DNA from: Candidatus Hodarchaeota archaeon
Lineage (GTDB): Archaea > Asgardarchaeota > Heimdallarchaeia > Hodarchaeales > Hodarchaeaceae
DNA: 64,000 nucleotides
Direction: 5' to 3'
NCBI GenBank assembly: GCA_016840035.1
Contig: JAEOTC010000154.1
Location: forward strand, 1-64,000
The notes below the pieces were generated by a model. The model was not told the DNA's origin, did not search any database, and saw nothing but the letters and a program-made list of their open reading frames with translations. This document shows positions 38,218 to 49,224 of this stretch, piece after piece. Both the position numbers and the translations under genes were made by a program. Numbering within the stretch: the stretch's first letter is position 1; each line of letters starts with the position of its first letter.

Positions 38218-39069
38218 ATGAAGGAAAAACGTAAATTCGGAAAAATTATGACTACTACGATATTTCTTTTCTTAATTTTCAATGTGATTTATTCTCATCA
38301 AGTTGGTGCTTTCGATGCTTCTCATTTTCAAATTGGAATTAATATTGGTGACACCCATACTTTGGAAATTTACTATATGTACGCTCCAGACTCCCCATTA
38401 GAAAGCGGAGCAAAAATGTACTACAATGTCACTAATATTACTGTGGATACCTGTTATATTACAGAAACCATATTTTTTGCTAATGGTTCTTTATACCAGA
38501 TACAAGACTATAATGATTCTCGAAGTGCTATTAATATGCCATTTTTCTATACCACTATCAATGTTAGTCTTCTATATGAGAACTTTATGGCACCTGATTA
38601 TTTTGTCTCAGTTGATTCAGAATTTATTTACATAGAACAATATACTAATTCATCTGGACTCGTAACTGATGGAATTTATACTTTTCATGCAGCGACAGGA
38701 TGGCTATATTCCTATGTAATGACAATGACCAACGATGGGACTCTCATGATGGAGATAGATATGAGAGATATCAACTATGATGAACCAGTAACCACAACTA
38801 CAATACCGTTTACAACGACTACTGACCCAGAAACCTCAACTGAATATTCAACATCAACAACTGAATATCCGACAACAACAGTCGAGGAAACAACCACTAG
38901 TGATGCTGAGACAACAGAAGAACCCACATCTGACGATTCAGATACAACCAGTGAGGAGAAAACCACATCTTTACCCACTACAATCCCAAGTATAAGTCCA
39001 AGTTCAGGAATTGTCAGCCTAGTAGTCATTGGAATCTTAGGTTTTGTTAATAGAAGAAAGAGAGGATAA
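38218..39069 (+). CDS. Secreted/surface protein with Thr/Ser-rich stalk and C-terminal anchor
   Basis: Signal peptide, T/S/E-rich linker, SPSSG + TM + RRKRG. Confidence 0.78.
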   Translation: MKEKRKFGKIMTTTIFLFLIFNVIYSHQVGAFDASHFQIGINIGDTHTLEIYYMYAPDSPLESGAKMYYNVTNITVDTCYITETIFFANGSLYQIQDYNDSRSAINMPFFYTTINVSLLYENFMAPDYFVSVDSEFIYIEQYTNSSGLVTDGIYTFHAATGWLYSYVMTMTNDGTLMMEIDMRDINYDEPVTTTTIPFTTTTDPETSTEYSTSTTEYPTTTVEETTTSDAETTEEPTSDDSDTTSEEKTTSLPTTIPSISPSSGIVSLVVIGILGFVNRRKRG

Positions 39070-39255
39070 ATAATTATCAAGTCTGCGTAGAAACCCAATC
39101 TATCCAGTCTTTTTTCTTATTTCTTTTTAAATCTAATTTTATTGAATATTGTATTTGAGAATTTCTCCCATTTTCTCCCTTTTTCATCAATGCATCGGCC
39201 GAAATCCTATAAATGTACTATCAGTAAACGCCTAATATAGGAGGATCCTACGCTA

Positions 39256-40215
39256 ATGAATATCCAAGAAGCTGTTGAAGCTTGTGATTCAATTTTAACC
39301 GAGATTAAGAAATTTATTATCGGGAAAGATGATGTTTTAAAGCATGTTATGTTGTGTTTACTCGCAGATGGTCATATTCTATTTGAAGATTATCCAGGAT
39401 TAGCTAAAACAATGATTTCTAGATCATTTGCTTCTGTTCTTGGATGTGACTTTAATAGAATCCAATTCACCCCAGATCTACTCCCTGCTGATCTTACTGG
39501 ATCTGAAATTTACAATCAAAAATCAAACGACTTTGAATTTAAACCAGGTCCCTTGTTCGCTGATATTATATTAGCAGATGAAATTAATCGCGCTACTCCT
39601 AAGACTCAAAGTGCCCTATTAGAAGCAATGGGAGAATATCAAGTTTCTATTGGTGGTAAGACATATGAACTGATCAGCACGGAAAAACCATTTTTAGTAA
39701 TCGCAACGCAAAATCCACTAGAGTTAGAGGGAACTTTTGCTCTTCCTGAGGCTCAAGTTGATCGATTTCTAGCTAAAGTCAGAGTAGGCTATCCTTCCAA
39801 ATCAGACGAGGCAAAAATCCTTACTAATAGAATAAATCGGAAACAAAAGTTATTTTCATTACCACAAATTATAACGAAGAAAACCTTTCGAGAAATGCAG
39901 AAAGCAGTTGAGATTATTTCCGTATCTGATGAATTGAAGGATTATATTGTTGATATCGTTAATTATACTCGACACGCTCCACAAGTTCGAGTAGGAGCTT
40001 CTCCAAGAGGATCTCTAGATCTAATGTCTTTAGCACGTGCAAACGCGTTACTAGATGGTCGTGACTACGTTATACCGCAGGATGTTAAAGAGTTAGCTTC
40101 GCTCACATTATCTCATAGAATTATTTTGGATGTTGGATCTTATATCGCAGGTGCATCGTCTGAAGAGATAATTACAAGGATTTTAACGAAAGTTAAGGCT
40201 CCTAGGAAAGAATAA
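39256..40215 (+). CDS. moxR: MoxR-family AAA+ ATPase
   Basis: EDYPGLAKT, RIQFTPDLLPAD, ADEINRA, ATQNPLELEGTFALPEAQVDRF, GASPR. Confidence 0.95.
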   Translation: MNIQEAVEACDSILTEIKKFIIGKDDVLKHVMLCLLADGHILFEDYPGLAKTMISRSFASVLGCDFNRIQFTPDLLPADLTGSEIYNQKSNDFEFKPGPLFADIILADEINRATPKTQSALLEAMGEYQVSIGGKTYELISTEKPFLVIATQNPLELEGTFALPEAQVDRFLAKVRVGYPSKSDEAKILTNRINRKQKLFSLPQIITKKTFREMQKAVEIISVSDELKDYIVDIVNYTRHAPQVRVGASPRGSLDLMSLARANALLDGRDYVIPQDVKELASLTLSHRIILDVGSYIAGASSEEIITRILTKVKAPRKE

Positions 40216-40217
40216 GG

Positions 40218-41102
40218 TTGATTTCGAAAAGGATTAACCCCCTAAAACGAAAAGAGATTATTCTCATCGTATTCTTACTCTTTAGTTTAGCGATATTTCA
40301 AATTACAATGGAATTAATTCATGGGAGAAGACAGGAAAGTCCAATCTTGAGGGTAAATTTTCCTTTTTTCGAATTATTTGCAATAGCGATTCCACTTTTC
40401 CTTTTGATTTGGATTCTCTTCAAGCTAGAGTTTCCTTTCCGTATATTTAAGCCCCTTTCAATTTGGGCTGTCTCGATGTTACTTATAATTGTTGTGACTT
40501 CATTTCTAACCAATGCTAATTATTCCCCAGGAAATTTTAATCCTGGTAACACAACTACTATCGATACTACAATGATACCGCAGACCCTAACCAACCCCGA
40601 AACTGTCCTAACAGAATCCATTCCAGAACATATTGTACGGGATCCTCTTTTTAATTTGCCAGTTTTGCAGGATGTCCGGAATTTGTTACTTGTTTTTCTT
40701 ATTCTAATATCTACTATCATAATTATTCGAACAGAAAGGAGAAAATCTATTAAGCAGTCTAAAGAGTCAGAGTCGGCCGAAAACGGTCAAAAGATACCCA
40801 AGGAGTTTGAAGGAGGACTAAAAAATATAATTGAATGCTATTATCAGACTTCGGATCACTTAGAAGGTCAGGGCGCGGATGATTCAGATCATTTAACTCC
40901 AAAAGAATTTCAGAACGATGTAAGTATTAGGCAATTAACTTCTGAAAATGACTTCAATGATCTAACAAGCCTTTTTAATGAGGCTAAATTTTCAGAACAT
41001 GATATTTCAGCGGATTCAGTCCAAAGAGCTAAATTTCTCTCCCAGAAAATCATCTTTCAATCTTCTCACACAGAATTTGAACGAATGGAGGAAGAAGAAT
41101 GA
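40218..41102 (+). CDS. Membrane protein with DUF4129-like C-terminal domain
   Basis: N-terminal TMs; IIECYYQ..LTPKEF..LTSLFNEAKFSEH; MoxR context. Confidence 0.7.
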   Translation: MISKRINPLKRKEIILIVFLLFSLAIFQITMELIHGRRQESPILRVNFPFFELFAIAIPLFLLIWILFKLEFPFRIFKPLSIWAVSMLLIIVVTSFLTNANYSPGNFNPGNTTTIDTTMIPQTLTNPETVLTESIPEHIVRDPLFNLPVLQDVRNLLLVFLILISTIIIIRTERRKSIKQSKESESAENGQKIPKEFEGGLKNIIECYYQTSDHLEGQGADDSDHLTPKEFQNDVSIRQLTSENDFNDLTSLFNEAKFSEHDISADSVQRAKFLSQKIIFQSSHTEFERMEEEE

Positions 41103-41698
41103 CTTTAGTAGATGAACTTCTTAAATATCTGTTCTCATTCAATTTTTATATTTTTTTATGGATCCTATTAGTTATTCTGACCTTCTTTCTTCTAAGAAGG
41201 CTTCTTAGTGATTATAAACATAAAAAGATGGTTGAAAATTCAAGAAAACTTTTTGAATCTGAAAATCCCGATATGAGACTATCTGAAATCCAGTTTTATT
41301 TAGAGAGAGAAAACAATTTATTGGAAGAACGCTTTAAAAAGGGCAAAACAGAACTGAAAGATGATTCAGCAAAAAATAGTTTGTTGTTTCGAAGAATGTT
41401 TAGCCTCACAAACTCCCAAACTCCTAAGAGAGAGTTTGTTTTCCTATTAGCCTCTGAAATGAATAAAGTACGGAAAAGAAAAGAATTTTTGACTGATTCT
41501 CTAAGCTATGAGCTTAGTACATTTATTGATAATCCTGAAGACTGGGCTGAACGTTTTATTATCTTTACGCCTGACAAAAACCAACAAATCGCACAAAACC
41601 TCAAAGTCAGGGAGCTATTGCATGAATATCTGCATGAATTCATTGAAGTTATGCAAATCCCCGAATTAAAGTTCTTTTCACTATTAAAACAGTCGTGA
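41099..41698 (+). CDS. Single-TM hypothetical protein in the MoxR operon
   Basis: One N-terminal TM; ATGA overlap with the preceding gene. Confidence 0.65.
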   Translation: MTLVDELLKYLFSFNFYIFLWILLVILTFFLLRRLLSDYKHKKMVENSRKLFESENPDMRLSEIQFYLERENNLLEERFKKGKTELKDDSAKNSLLFRRMFSLTNSQTPKREFVFLLASEMNKVRKRKEFLTDSLSYELSTFIDNPEDWAERFIIFTPDKNQQIAQNLKVRELLHEYLHEFIEVMQIPELKFFSLLKQS

Positions 41699-41707
41699 GA
41701 TCATTCC

Positions 41708-42994
41708 ATGAACAATTACAAACAGATTTTATTCTTAACAACATCGTTACTAATAATAATTCTGCTTTCTTTGTTAACAGGAGTATCTGCTTTGACGGGA
41801 ATCGCTTTACCAGTTTTATGTTATATTTTCTTCTTTCTACTGACTGAAGAAGTGGATATTGAACCGATCAAAGTATCAAGAATAATTTCATCTGATCGGG
41901 GTACTATAGGAGAAGAGATTGAAGTAACTTTAGTTATCAATAATACCGGGTCTGCTATCCCTCTTCTTGAGATTGTAGATTTAATTGATGATAAATGCAC
42001 CATTTCTGCCGGTAGTAATCATTTGCAGGTTCAAATAGAGAAGAACCAGACTATTGAGCGGAAATATTCATTGAAACTCCACCATAGGGGGAGGTACAAG
42101 CTGGGCCCTATCTTTCTAAAGGGAAGTGATCTTTTCGACAAAAAAACCAGTTACAGAGGAATCGATTTGGTTCAAGAAGTCACGTGTGTTCCTACTTTTA
42201 TAAAACTTCAAACCCTCCCCATCTCGCGTGAGAAATTAGTTCCTCTGGGTGGATCAATTCCTTCGCGGATCTATAAAGGAAGAGATTTTGAATTTCAAGG
42301 AATTCGTCCGTATCAACCCAGTGATGAATTACGTTCAATTAATTGGAGGGTCACTGCAAAATATAATACATTAGCCACAAATGAGTATGCTCTAAATCAA
42401 CAATCCCATATCACCATATTACTTGATCACACCCTGTCAACAGAACATCTACTAGAAGTTTCAATAAAAGCAACACTTTCTATCGCAGAGTGGGGAATTC
42501 GACAGAGATCAAAAGTTGAACTGATTGCAATTGGAGATTATGTTATGTATCTTAAACCATCTGCGGATAAACGACAACTTCTATTAATTACTGAACGTTT
42601 GATTGATCTAGAGGCAATTTCTCCCCAATCAAAAGAGATATTAGAAGCCCGGATCAAAAACCGTGTTTATCACCGTCTGAATCATCCAGGAATGCTCTTC
42701 ATAATCTCTCCCCTTTTAGATAAGACAATCAATGCATCTTGTAAAAAGATTATAGAGTCACGAAATCGGGTAGTATGGGTCAACCCAACTCTCGATCGTG
42801 AATATGAACATATAAATTTGAAGAAATTATCCAAAAACCTCTCAAAGGAAAGAATTGAGGGATTTACGAATGTTCTTACTACACTTGTGAAAGTTAATAC
42901 GATCTTTGATTTTGAAAAAGTCCCTAGATTCAATTGGTATCCAGAAGGCCCTGATTATGCGTCCTTGGGATCTCTGAAAAAGGTGAGCGTTTAA
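41708..42994 (+). CDS. DUF58 (vWA-like) MoxR partner
   Basis: RGRYKLGP, EFQGIRPYQPSDELRSINWRVTAK, ILLD. Confidence 0.9.
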   Translation: MNNYKQILFLTTSLLIIILLSLLTGVSALTGIALPVLCYIFFFLLTEEVDIEPIKVSRIISSDRGTIGEEIEVTLVINNTGSAIPLLEIVDLIDDKCTISAGSNHLQVQIEKNQTIERKYSLKLHHRGRYKLGPIFLKGSDLFDKKTSYRGIDLVQEVTCVPTFIKLQTLPISREKLVPLGGSIPSRIYKGRDFEFQGIRPYQPSDELRSINWRVTAKYNTLATNEYALNQQSHITILLDHTLSTEHLLEVSIKATLSIAEWGIRQRSKVELIAIGDYVMYLKPSADKRQLLLITERLIDLEAISPQSKEILEARIKNRVYHRLNHPGMLFIISPLLDKTINASCKKIIESRNRVVWVNPTLDREYEHINLKKLSKNLSKERIEGFTNVLTTLVKVNTIFDFEKVPRFNWYPEGPDYASLGSLKKVSV

Positions 42995-42996
42995 CA

Positions 42997-43593
42997 ATGA
43001 AATTATCAACAAAATTAATGATGAGTAGGTTACTATTACTGACTACTTGGTTACCTTATGGATATTTCCCTCTCTTCATTGATCTAAGTAACTACATCTG
43101 GGTTCGTGGTTCTGGGCAACTCTCTGTACTGCTTGCTGAAGCATTTTTAATTGCATTAGGAGTTATTGGAGTTTATGGTATTCTCTCATTCAATAAAAAG
43201 TATTATTCCAAAGAAATAGGACTCATAATCCTACTATTTGGAATTGTTACAAATCTACAAACTTCCATACTAGCAGCTTTGAATATTACATTGGTCTTCT
43301 TTTTCTGGAACATTTGGGCTTTAGGAGAAAAATATGACCAATTGAATCGTGAGTACAATTATCCAGTCGATAGTGTTGACAGGCGAGACATTAATGTGGC
43401 TTATCAAAGACAACTCCAAGGGTTTTTCATTATCGGATGGTTAATCTTTCTAGGATCTATCTTGATCATTTTTATCACAGAAAGATTAGTTATAGACTTT
43501 GGTACAACGATGACAATATCTGTATTCTTAGGTGCGATCATAATTCTACTAATTCTACTTGCGGAACGTCTAGCTATTCTGCCAAAATTCTAG
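42997..43593 (+). CDS. Multi-TM hypothetical protein
   Basis: Hydrophobic segments; 2 bp after DUF58. Confidence 0.65.
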   Translation: MKLSTKLMMSRLLLLTTWLPYGYFPLFIDLSNYIWVRGSGQLSVLLAEAFLIALGVIGVYGILSFNKKYYSKEIGLIILLFGIVTNLQTSILAALNITLVFFFWNIWALGEKYDQLNREYNYPVDSVDRRDINVAYQRQLQGFFIIGWLIFLGSILIIFITERLVIDFGTTMTISVFLGAIIILLILLAERLAILPKF

Positions 43594-43685
43594 TTTTCTC
43601 TTCCTGAAGTTTAGTTATATTTTTATCAGAATAGCTTTGGGTTATAGGTAATCTCATTGGGTGAATGACTTAGTAGGTTTTTAGA

Positions 43686-45059
43686 ATGTCTTGGTTATTA
43701 GAAAAAGTAAGTGAATTCCAAGTCCTTGCTTATGTGCAAACAGAAGAAGGGAAGTTAACTCTTTCACGGCATAAATTACTCATTTTAGTGATGTATATAG
43801 GAGCTTTTTTACTCACATTCCTTCATTTTGTCAACCTTTCCCCTCAAGTGGTTCAGGAGATTAAAACTGCATCCATCGAAGGTAATACCATCACCATTCC
43901 CTCTTCCTCTCGATTAGGATTAGCTATGCTCTTTTATATCTATATTTCACTTATTGCTTTTATTACTATGTTCAAAAGTGGATCTGTTCCGAACTTTTTC
44001 ACCCGTCCTAGATTTCCTGAAATGAGAAGACGCTATAAAATTTTAACTGTACTTTTAGTCTTTATTTTTATTAATACGATTTTATTTGTTATTATCGTTG
44101 CTCTTTTCTGGTCTTCGATAGTAATAATCTTTGCTGGTCCAGTCTTGTACGTCCTCTGGACAGTTTTAGAACCATTCTTCCTCTTAAGTGGACTGATGGC
44201 AATCATAAGAATTATTGAGGCGGATTACCCCCAATCTGGATTCTCTTCTAGGGGAAAGCGTTCTCTTCTTCTAGTTTTTATCCTAGGATATTTAACCCCT
44301 ATTATTTTCACAATATTTCTCATTATAACTGCCACAGGTACAGAATTCAGTGAAATAAGTCTTTTTGGGCAGACCTTCTCCTTCTACATTCCTGCAGTTG
44401 ACTCTTTTTCACGAACATTCACCTCTGTCCTTTCAATAACAATTCTCTTTCTCGTTGTTTGGTGGCTAAAAGATCGATTTAGAGGCCCTTCCTCTGTCCG
44501 TGAGAGGAAGAAAGGTATGTTACCTTGGTTTCTAGGATTAACGTTGGTTTTAATCATAATAACAGTCGTTCCACTAATTGCCTCAACTCGAGGTTCACTT
44601 CAAGATCTTACAAGTATCCTTGATTTACTTGGATTGTTTACTGCAGTAATTATGGGAGTGTGGAATGCGGTAGGTGTGGAAAGAGTAGTTGAACCTTTAC
44701 GAGGGATAAAACGATTAAATCCTCTTGAGTATATCAGCCGATTACATCCATACACAAAAGCTCTATTTCTTCTGATCATTTCTATGTTTGCTTTCTATTC
44801 TTCAATCGAAAGTAGTACAATCGCTTTTATAACAGACAATCCAGATGAATTGAAACTTCAGAAATTAAACTTACTCGCAGCTTTTGTGGGTACTGCTTAT
44901 CTGATAATACTATGGAGATATAAAGGACAACCTCGTTCAACCACACCTGGATTACTTAGAAGTACACAACATCAACTAGAAGGAGGAATATCAAGGATTC
45001 GTTCATATATAAGTGGAGAAACTCCGTCTCCTATTCATCAATCAATCGAAGAAGAGTAA
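43686..45059 (+). CDS. Polytopic membrane protein, unknown function
   Basis: 457-aa ORF with roughly ten hydrophobic segments. Confidence 0.7.
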   Translation: MSWLLEKVSEFQVLAYVQTEEGKLTLSRHKLLILVMYIGAFLLTFLHFVNLSPQVVQEIKTASIEGNTITIPSSSRLGLAMLFYIYISLIAFITMFKSGSVPNFFTRPRFPEMRRRYKILTVLLVFIFINTILFVIIVALFWSSIVIIFAGPVLYVLWTVLEPFFLLSGLMAIIRIIEADYPQSGFSSRGKRSLLLVFILGYLTPIIFTIFLIITATGTEFSEISLFGQTFSFYIPAVDSFSRTFTSVLSITILFLVVWWLKDRFRGPSSVRERKKGMLPWFLGLTLVLIIITVVPLIASTRGSLQDLTSILDLLGLFTAVIMGVWNAVGVERVVEPLRGIKRLNPLEYISRLHPYTKALFLLIISMFAFYSSIESSTIAFITDNPDELKLQKLNLLAAFVGTAYLIILWRYKGQPRSTTPGLLRSTQHQLEGGISRIRSYISGETPSPIHQSIEEE

Positions 45060-45086
45060 TTTTCAAACCGCTTGATATCTCTTGGA

Positions 45087-45677
45087 TCACTTTTTCTTAG
45101 AAATTGTAAGATATGTTCCATTATCGACGAAAGCTTGTCTAAGAATGTGCAAATTCGCTTTTCTATGTAATCTACGCATTTCTTTTGGTGTAAAAAACTT
45201 TGAACCCATCCAAAAGAATTTTTCCATGGATTTGATATAGTGGCCTAAAGCTCGTGATGGATCAAATTCAACTATCACAGAAAAGCCCTTCTTCGGTTCA
45301 AGAACTCTTTCAACTTCTCGTAATCCTTCTAATTGATTGTCCCAGTGATGGAGAGAGTCAATCGCAATTACTCGATCAAAATGTATGCCATCTTTAAATG
45401 GCAAATTTTCAGCATAACCCAGAACAGGTTTTGCTGTAGGAAATTTTTGTATTGCTTGTTGAAGCATGGGTTGAGAGGGATCTAATAACCATACTCGTCG
45501 TGCTAATGCAATTATGGATGCAATACTTCTTCCAGTTCCTGCTCCAATTTCTAGGACACGTTCTTGTCCAGTTAAATTAAGGGATTCAACAATACTCTTT
45601 GTAGGGTCATCTCTTATGATGAAGTCGTAGAGTGGGCTAATTAAATCGAAAAAACGTTTAGGAATCCTTATTACCAT
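45087..45677 (-). CDS. Class I SAM-dependent methyltransferase
   Basis: VLEIGAGTG, DPSQPML, AENLPF, DSLHHW. Confidence 0.88.
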   Translation of the reverse strand: MVIRIPKRFFDLISPLYDFIIRDDPTKSIVESLNLTGQERVLEIGAGTGRSIASIIALARRVWLLDPSQPMLQQAIQKFPTAKPVLGYAENLPFKDGIHFDRVIAIDSLHHWDNQLEGLREVERVLEPKKGFSVIVEFDPSRALGHYIKSMEKFFWMGSKFFTPKEMRRLHRKANLHILRQAFVDNGTYLTISKKK

Positions 45678-45715
45678 CCAAAAGAGGAGTGAATTCTGAA
45701 TAAAACCTTAGATTT

Positions 45716-47032
45716 TTACTCAGATTTAGTAGTTTCTAGTAAGCGATCAGTAACTCTCTGAGCTTCATCTTTAATCTTTTCGATGTCTAATGTCATGAAT
45801 TTACCCTCATGATAAACGATTGACCCATCGACAACAGTCATAACTACATTGTCACGACCAATTGCATAACAAAGATGACTTACAGGATCGATTACAGGTG
45901 TAGTTGCTGGAGAATCAAGATCTAGAACTATAAGGTCTGCTCGCGTGTTTTCAAGCAAGGTTCCCGAGTAACTATTCTGGGGAAAGAGAGCACTTGCATT
46001 GCTAGTAGTCATTTTCACCACATCTGTAGAAGTAACAACTGTCGAATCTTTATGGAAAGCTTTCTGAATTAATGCTTCAAAGGACATCTCTTCAAACATA
46101 TCTAGCTTATTGTTGCTAGCTTGACCATCTGTGGCTAAGCATATATTAATTCCTTCCTTAAGAAAACGAGGCGTATCAGCTACGCCAGTACCAATCTTTG
46201 CGTTGCTTTTGGGACAATGTAAGGCATTAACGTTGTATTTCTTGAGTATTTCATACTCTCCATCTGAAAGATGAACACAGTGAGCTGCACTGTTAATTGT
46301 ATCAAGAACACCAATTTTTTCCATGTATTCAATAGGTCTAAGAGAATGAGTCTTTTGCGATTCATTGACTTCATATTCGGTCTCATTCAAATGAGTATGA
46401 ATTGTTGTTCCTCTATCTCTTGCTTCGTCGGCAATAGTTTGTAACCAATCTTTCCCTACTGTATAGGGAGCATGAGGACCAAATGAAATCCACAAACGGT
46501 TATTATCACCATTCCATTTGTCATGAACCGATTTTGCATGGTTAAAGGCCTCTTCCATGGTATTTGATTCAGGATTTCCGGTGAAGAATATACTGGGTGC
46601 CAGAACAGCTTTAATTCCAGTTTCGTGAACTGCTTGTGCGATTTGATCTGAATAGAAATATTGATCATTAAACCCAACAGTCCCACTGGCAAACATTTCA
46701 GCAATACCTAACATAGATCCCCAGTACGCATCTTTAGGCCGTAAATGGGGTTCAATGCTCCAAATATACTCCAACCATGTTTGAAGTGGTTTATTTTCAG
46801 ATATTCCTCTCTGTAAAGTCATAGGAATGTGAGTATGTGCATTAACTAATCCTGGGATGATTAATCCTTTCTCGTAATTATAATACTCATGTCCTGATTG
46901 CTTCACACTTTCTGGACTTTTCCTTTGGCCAGAATAAACAATTCTATCTCCCTCGACAATTATCCGCCCATCAGTGATAAGCTTACCAGAATGAGGATAG
47001 TAAAGCCATTTACCATCTATTACTAAGTCCAT
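45716..47032 (-). CDS. Amidohydrolase, MTA/SAH deaminase-like
   Basis: PGLVNAHTH, PHAPYT, HTHLNET, AHCVHL, HCPKSN, ATDGQASNN. Confidence 0.88.
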   Translation of the reverse strand: MDLVIDGKWLYYPHSGKLITDGRIIVEGDRIVYSGQRKSPESVKQSGHEYYNYEKGLIIPGLVNAHTHIPMTLQRGISENKPLQTWLEYIWSIEPHLRPKDAYWGSMLGIAEMFASGTVGFNDQYFYSDQIAQAVHETGIKAVLAPSIFFTGNPESNTMEEAFNHAKSVHDKWNGDNNRLWISFGPHAPYTVGKDWLQTIADEARDRGTTIHTHLNETEYEVNESQKTHSLRPIEYMEKIGVLDTINSAAHCVHLSDGEYEILKKYNVNALHCPKSNAKIGTGVADTPRFLKEGINICLATDGQASNNKLDMFEEMSFEALIQKAFHKDSTVVTSTDVVKMTTSNASALFPQNSYSGTLLENTRADLIVLDLDSPATTPVIDPVSHLCYAIGRDNVVMTVVDGSIVYHEGKFMTLDIEKIKDEAQRVTDRLLETTKSE

Positions 47033-47156
47033 GATCGAGCTATGGACTCAGGATTATTTTCTCTTCATAAGATGTATGTGACATTTTTGCCTCTTTCTTC
47101 TTGTTTAAAAAAGCTTGAGAATTATGTGAACTAAATTTTATTGGGTGTACGCAATA

Positions 47157-48518
47157 ATGAATAAAAAAAATTGTGCGATGGGTGTGCTAATTACCCTTCT
47201 AATGTTCTTAAGTGTTAGTTCAGTTGTGGGATATTCTGATAAAAATCTAGAAACTGATAGTTATCTTATATGGAAATATACAGATCCTACTTACCCCATA
47301 TACCATGTAATCTCCGGTGATATTAATGGTGATGGAATAGATGATTGTTTTGCAAGAGATCATCAAACACATGTGTATGCGATTAATGGGAAAACAGGTG
47401 ACGCACTCTGGACCTATTCAGCCCCTACTGATTTAGTGCGTTCGATATCCATGGGTGACTTCAATAATGATGGAGTAGATGATGGACTAGTCGGGGAACT
47501 AGGAGGTAAAGTGTACGCCATTGATGGGATTACTGGAAATATCTTATGGAATAATACTGATACAGATCAAAAAATTTTCTCGCTAGCGGCGGGAAACTTT
47601 AATAATGATGGATATGATGATGTTCTAGCCGGGACCTGGGAAAAATCAATGCTAGCAATCGATGGTCAGACTGGTGAAACCATCTGGAACTATACAAGTG
47701 CATCTGACTATATTTTACCTGTTACAACAGGAGATATTACTGGTGATGGTCTGGATGATGCTTTTGCTGGTTCTCTTGATGGAAAAATTTATGCCCTTAA
47801 CGGAAGTAATGGTGACTCTTTATGGATTAATACTAATCAAACTGAATCTAATGAGGTAATTACACTCGGTAATTTTAATAACGACTCAGTTTCAGACCTA
47901 TTAGTTGGATGTTTAGGTGATTTAAAACTTTATACAGTGGATGGTGAGACAGGAACAATACTGTGGAGTAATTCAGAGATTGGATCGGTTCGTTCTGTTG
48001 CAGCAAAGGATATGAATAACGATGGAATTGATGATCCAATCGTAGGCTGTTCAGATTCAAATATTTACGTCTTTGACGGATTAGATGGGTCTCAATTATG
48101 GAATAATACAAATCCCCAAAATGAAGTACTTTCAGTTACAGTGGGAGATTTTGATAATGACGGGATGCAAGATGTTCTAGCGGGATCCTATGACACAAAT
48201 CTTTATGTTTTTAGGGGAACAGATGGAGAGCTAATATGTGTAATAGACGATCCTACTGATTGGGTAGTCTCAGTCGATGTTGGAGACTTTAATGGTGACC
48301 AAGTTGATGATATATTGGCAGGAGGGTACGATAAGACAATCTATGCTTTCACACTAATAGAACCTGTGTTGACTACAGAAACCAGTTCATCAGCTATAGT
48401 TACAACAACAAGTGAGATTAGTTCCACTACTGAAGCATCCTCTACATCTAGTTGGTCTATTCTTATCCTTTGTACCAGCCTTGTAGTACTAAATGCTATA
48501 AAACGCAAGTATGTATAA
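47157..48518 (+). CDS. FG-GAP/PQQ-like beta-propeller surface protein
   Basis: Signal peptide; eight G(D/N)xxxDGxxD-type repeats alternating with DGxTGxxLW; S/T stalk, TM, KRK. Confidence 0.85.
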   Translation: MNKKNCAMGVLITLLMFLSVSSVVGYSDKNLETDSYLIWKYTDPTYPIYHVISGDINGDGIDDCFARDHQTHVYAINGKTGDALWTYSAPTDLVRSISMGDFNNDGVDDGLVGELGGKVYAIDGITGNILWNNTDTDQKIFSLAAGNFNNDGYDDVLAGTWEKSMLAIDGQTGETIWNYTSASDYILPVTTGDITGDGLDDAFAGSLDGKIYALNGSNGDSLWINTNQTESNEVITLGNFNNDSVSDLLVGCLGDLKLYTVDGETGTILWSNSEIGSVRSVAAKDMNNDGIDDPIVGCSDSNIYVFDGLDGSQLWNNTNPQNEVLSVTVGDFDNDGMQDVLAGSYDTNLYVFRGTDGELICVIDDPTDWVVSVDVGDFNGDQVDDILAGGYDKTIYAFTLIEPVLTTETSSSAIVTTTSEISSTTEASSTSSWSILILCTSLVVLNAIKRKYV

Positions 48519-48651
48519 AATACTAATCAATCAGTTGCTCCAACATTCAGTTCGATCAAAGTTATAAGGTTATAACTAGAAATTAGAATTATATTTCATT
48601 GGGCGAAATTTATTCAGTCGCTGAATACATTCTAATATCTAGTCCTATTGT

Positions 48652-49218
48652 ATGTGGAATTATATTATGATCGGTCGACAAAAACTTGAATCAATGTCAG
48701 AATCTGAACTTGATGAGCTTTATCAAGAGAAGAAAGCTGAATATGACAATCGCCTTAACAAGTATAAGCGGATCCAAGATTTATTACGACGGAAGGTCAC
48801 TACTCGACAAAAAAGTGTAGAAAAATACCAATCTGAGGTTGATGTGCTTCAGAAAAAGCATCCTGATGTTAAGGTCGTCAAACAAGACTTTGACGACGAT
48901 CCCAAGTTCCTACGCGAGAATATTCAAAAACTCACAACAACCCTTCTAAATCTTCAAACTCAGCAGATTCAACTTAAAAAAGAATTAAAAGAACTTGATA
49001 TGGAATTTGTAAAGCTACAAGCTCAAGAAAAATTTGTACAACAAGAAGTAGACGATTTAATTAAAGAAAGCAATGAACTGGAACAGAACACAGGCGACTC
49101 ATCTGAAAAAATGCAATTGGCCGTTATAACTTCAGAATATCAAACAACGCACGATCTATTAGACACAATTACCCTGGAGATAGAACATCTTCACAAGAAA
49201 CTACATGATAGGAGCTGA
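48652..49218 (+). CDS. Coiled-coil hypothetical protein
   Basis: E/K/Q/L-rich heptad pattern throughout. Confidence 0.7.
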   Translation: MWNYIMIGRQKLESMSESELDELYQEKKAEYDNRLNKYKRIQDLLRRKVTTRQKSVEKYQSEVDVLQKKHPDVKVVKQDFDDDPKFLRENIQKLTTTLLNLQTQQIQLKKELKELDMEFVKLQAQEKFVQQEVDDLIKESNELEQNTGDSSEKMQLAVITSEYQTTHDLLDTITLEIEHLHKKLHDRS

Positions 49219-49224
49219 ATAAAC

